64,000 bases of DNA, taken from positions 1,595-65,594 of the forward strand of contig JASLWR010000011.1 of assembly GCA_030740765.1 (NCBI GenBank). Direction: 5' to 3'. How positions within the stretch are numbered: the stretch's first letter is position 1; the number at the start of each line of letters is the position of its first letter. A model generated the notes under the pieces. That model searched no databases. It saw only the letters and a list, made by a program, of their open reading frames with translations, and was not told where the DNA came from. The position numbers were made by a program, and so were the translations under genes. The DNA is from Thermoplasmatota archaeon. GTDB taxonomy: Archaea > Thermoplasmatota > Penumbrarchaeia > JASLWR01. Positions 63,540 through 64,000 of the stretch are shown here, piece by piece.

Positions 63540-64000
63540 TTAGAAAACAATTGAGTAATAAGCCACCAAATATACTCCGACGACGATAAGTATAATCCCA
63601 CTTATACGTTTTATCCATTCAGTTGACACTTTAAGATTTTGTAGGATGGTCCCTGCAGACATCGCGATCATAATTGTAACAAAGATCATCAGAGCAGCCA
63701 TCACCGCCGCGCATATCACAAATATTAAAAGCGCGCTGAAGAAACCACCGGAAGACAAACCTCCAAAAATAAGAGCAAGGAGAAGCGGTGCCGTACAACC
63801 CGCTGCGGCCCCAGCATATCCAACGCCATATCCGAACAATTTCAGATATCCGCTATTCTCTTCAGTCATAGCATCCGATTTTCCTTTTCGAGAGAACATT
63901 TTCTTTATGGGTTCTGATATTCGATGTATCGGTATGGTATAATTGGTCAGAAGGACAAATCCCATAATCAGGATTATTACGCCGACGATGGGCTCCATGA
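63540..64000 (-). CDS. DsbD/CcdA-like (cytochrome c biogenesis TM-region family) membrane protein, 3' part; gene continues past the window end
   Basis: Multi-TM. GYGVGYAGAAAGCTAPLLLALIFGG resembles the Cys-x-x-Pro TM motif of the DsbD_2/CcdA family. The frame is open to the window edge. Confidence 0.5.
   Translation of the reverse strand, partial: MEPIVGVIILIMGFVLLTNYTIPIHRISEPIKKMFSRKGKSDAMTEENSGYLKLFGYGVGYAGAAAGCTAPLLLALIFGGLSSGGFFSALLIFVICAAVMAALMIFVTIMIAMSAGTILQNLKVSTEWIKRISGIILIVVGVYLVAYYSIVF

Overview
This looks like an archaeal chromosomal window. The taxonomic call is an inference from archaeal-type Thi4, mevalonate kinase, a FlaI/FlaJ-type pilus ATPase and platform pair, a PGF-CTERM sorting signal, a DUF2080 gene, and compact Shine-Dalgarno-led operons. 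A Thermoplasmatota-like lineage is possible but cannot be shown from the sequence alone.

Content by region:
1. 1-18 kb: a partial AOR gene, then four giant N-glycosylation-sequon-rich surface proteins with single TM anchors and long cytoplasmic tails. mvk and rpe sit between them.
2. 18-24 kb: a PadR plus membrane-partner pair, an AT-rich islet with an orphan radical SAM/SPASM gene, a decayed paralog of one surface protein, a PiT phosphate transporter, and a highly structured intergenic RNA candidate with RNase P-like motifs.
3. 24.9-31 kb: YgeW-type carbamoyltransferase, an MtaD/DadD-type amidohydrolase, a DtxR-family regulator, and a POT peptide transporter with an extra C-terminal domain.
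4. 31-40 kb: a type IV pilus-like or secretion locus (pilin-like protein, FlaJ/TadC-like platform, FlaI/VirB11-like ATPase, uncharacterised Cys-rich proteins) next to a 5'-truncated PKD adhesin.
5. 41.8-51.9 kb: a ten-gene same-strand cluster. It joins a class-I benzoyl-CoA-reductase-like ATP-dependent module (two catalytic subunits, two ATPase subunits, ferredoxin) to a NuoE/NuoF/NuoG-GltD electron module.
6. 52-64 kb: two dead IS elements (IS481-like, IS91-like) and a sulfur-trafficking and cofactor island (thi4, SufS-like, fdhD, ThiI-like, cutA, nadA, iscS). Two of its genes are preceded by structured leaders that share a conserved motif.

No rRNA, tRNA or CRISPR array was recognised. All calls come from reading the sequence and remembered family motifs. 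No searches were run.
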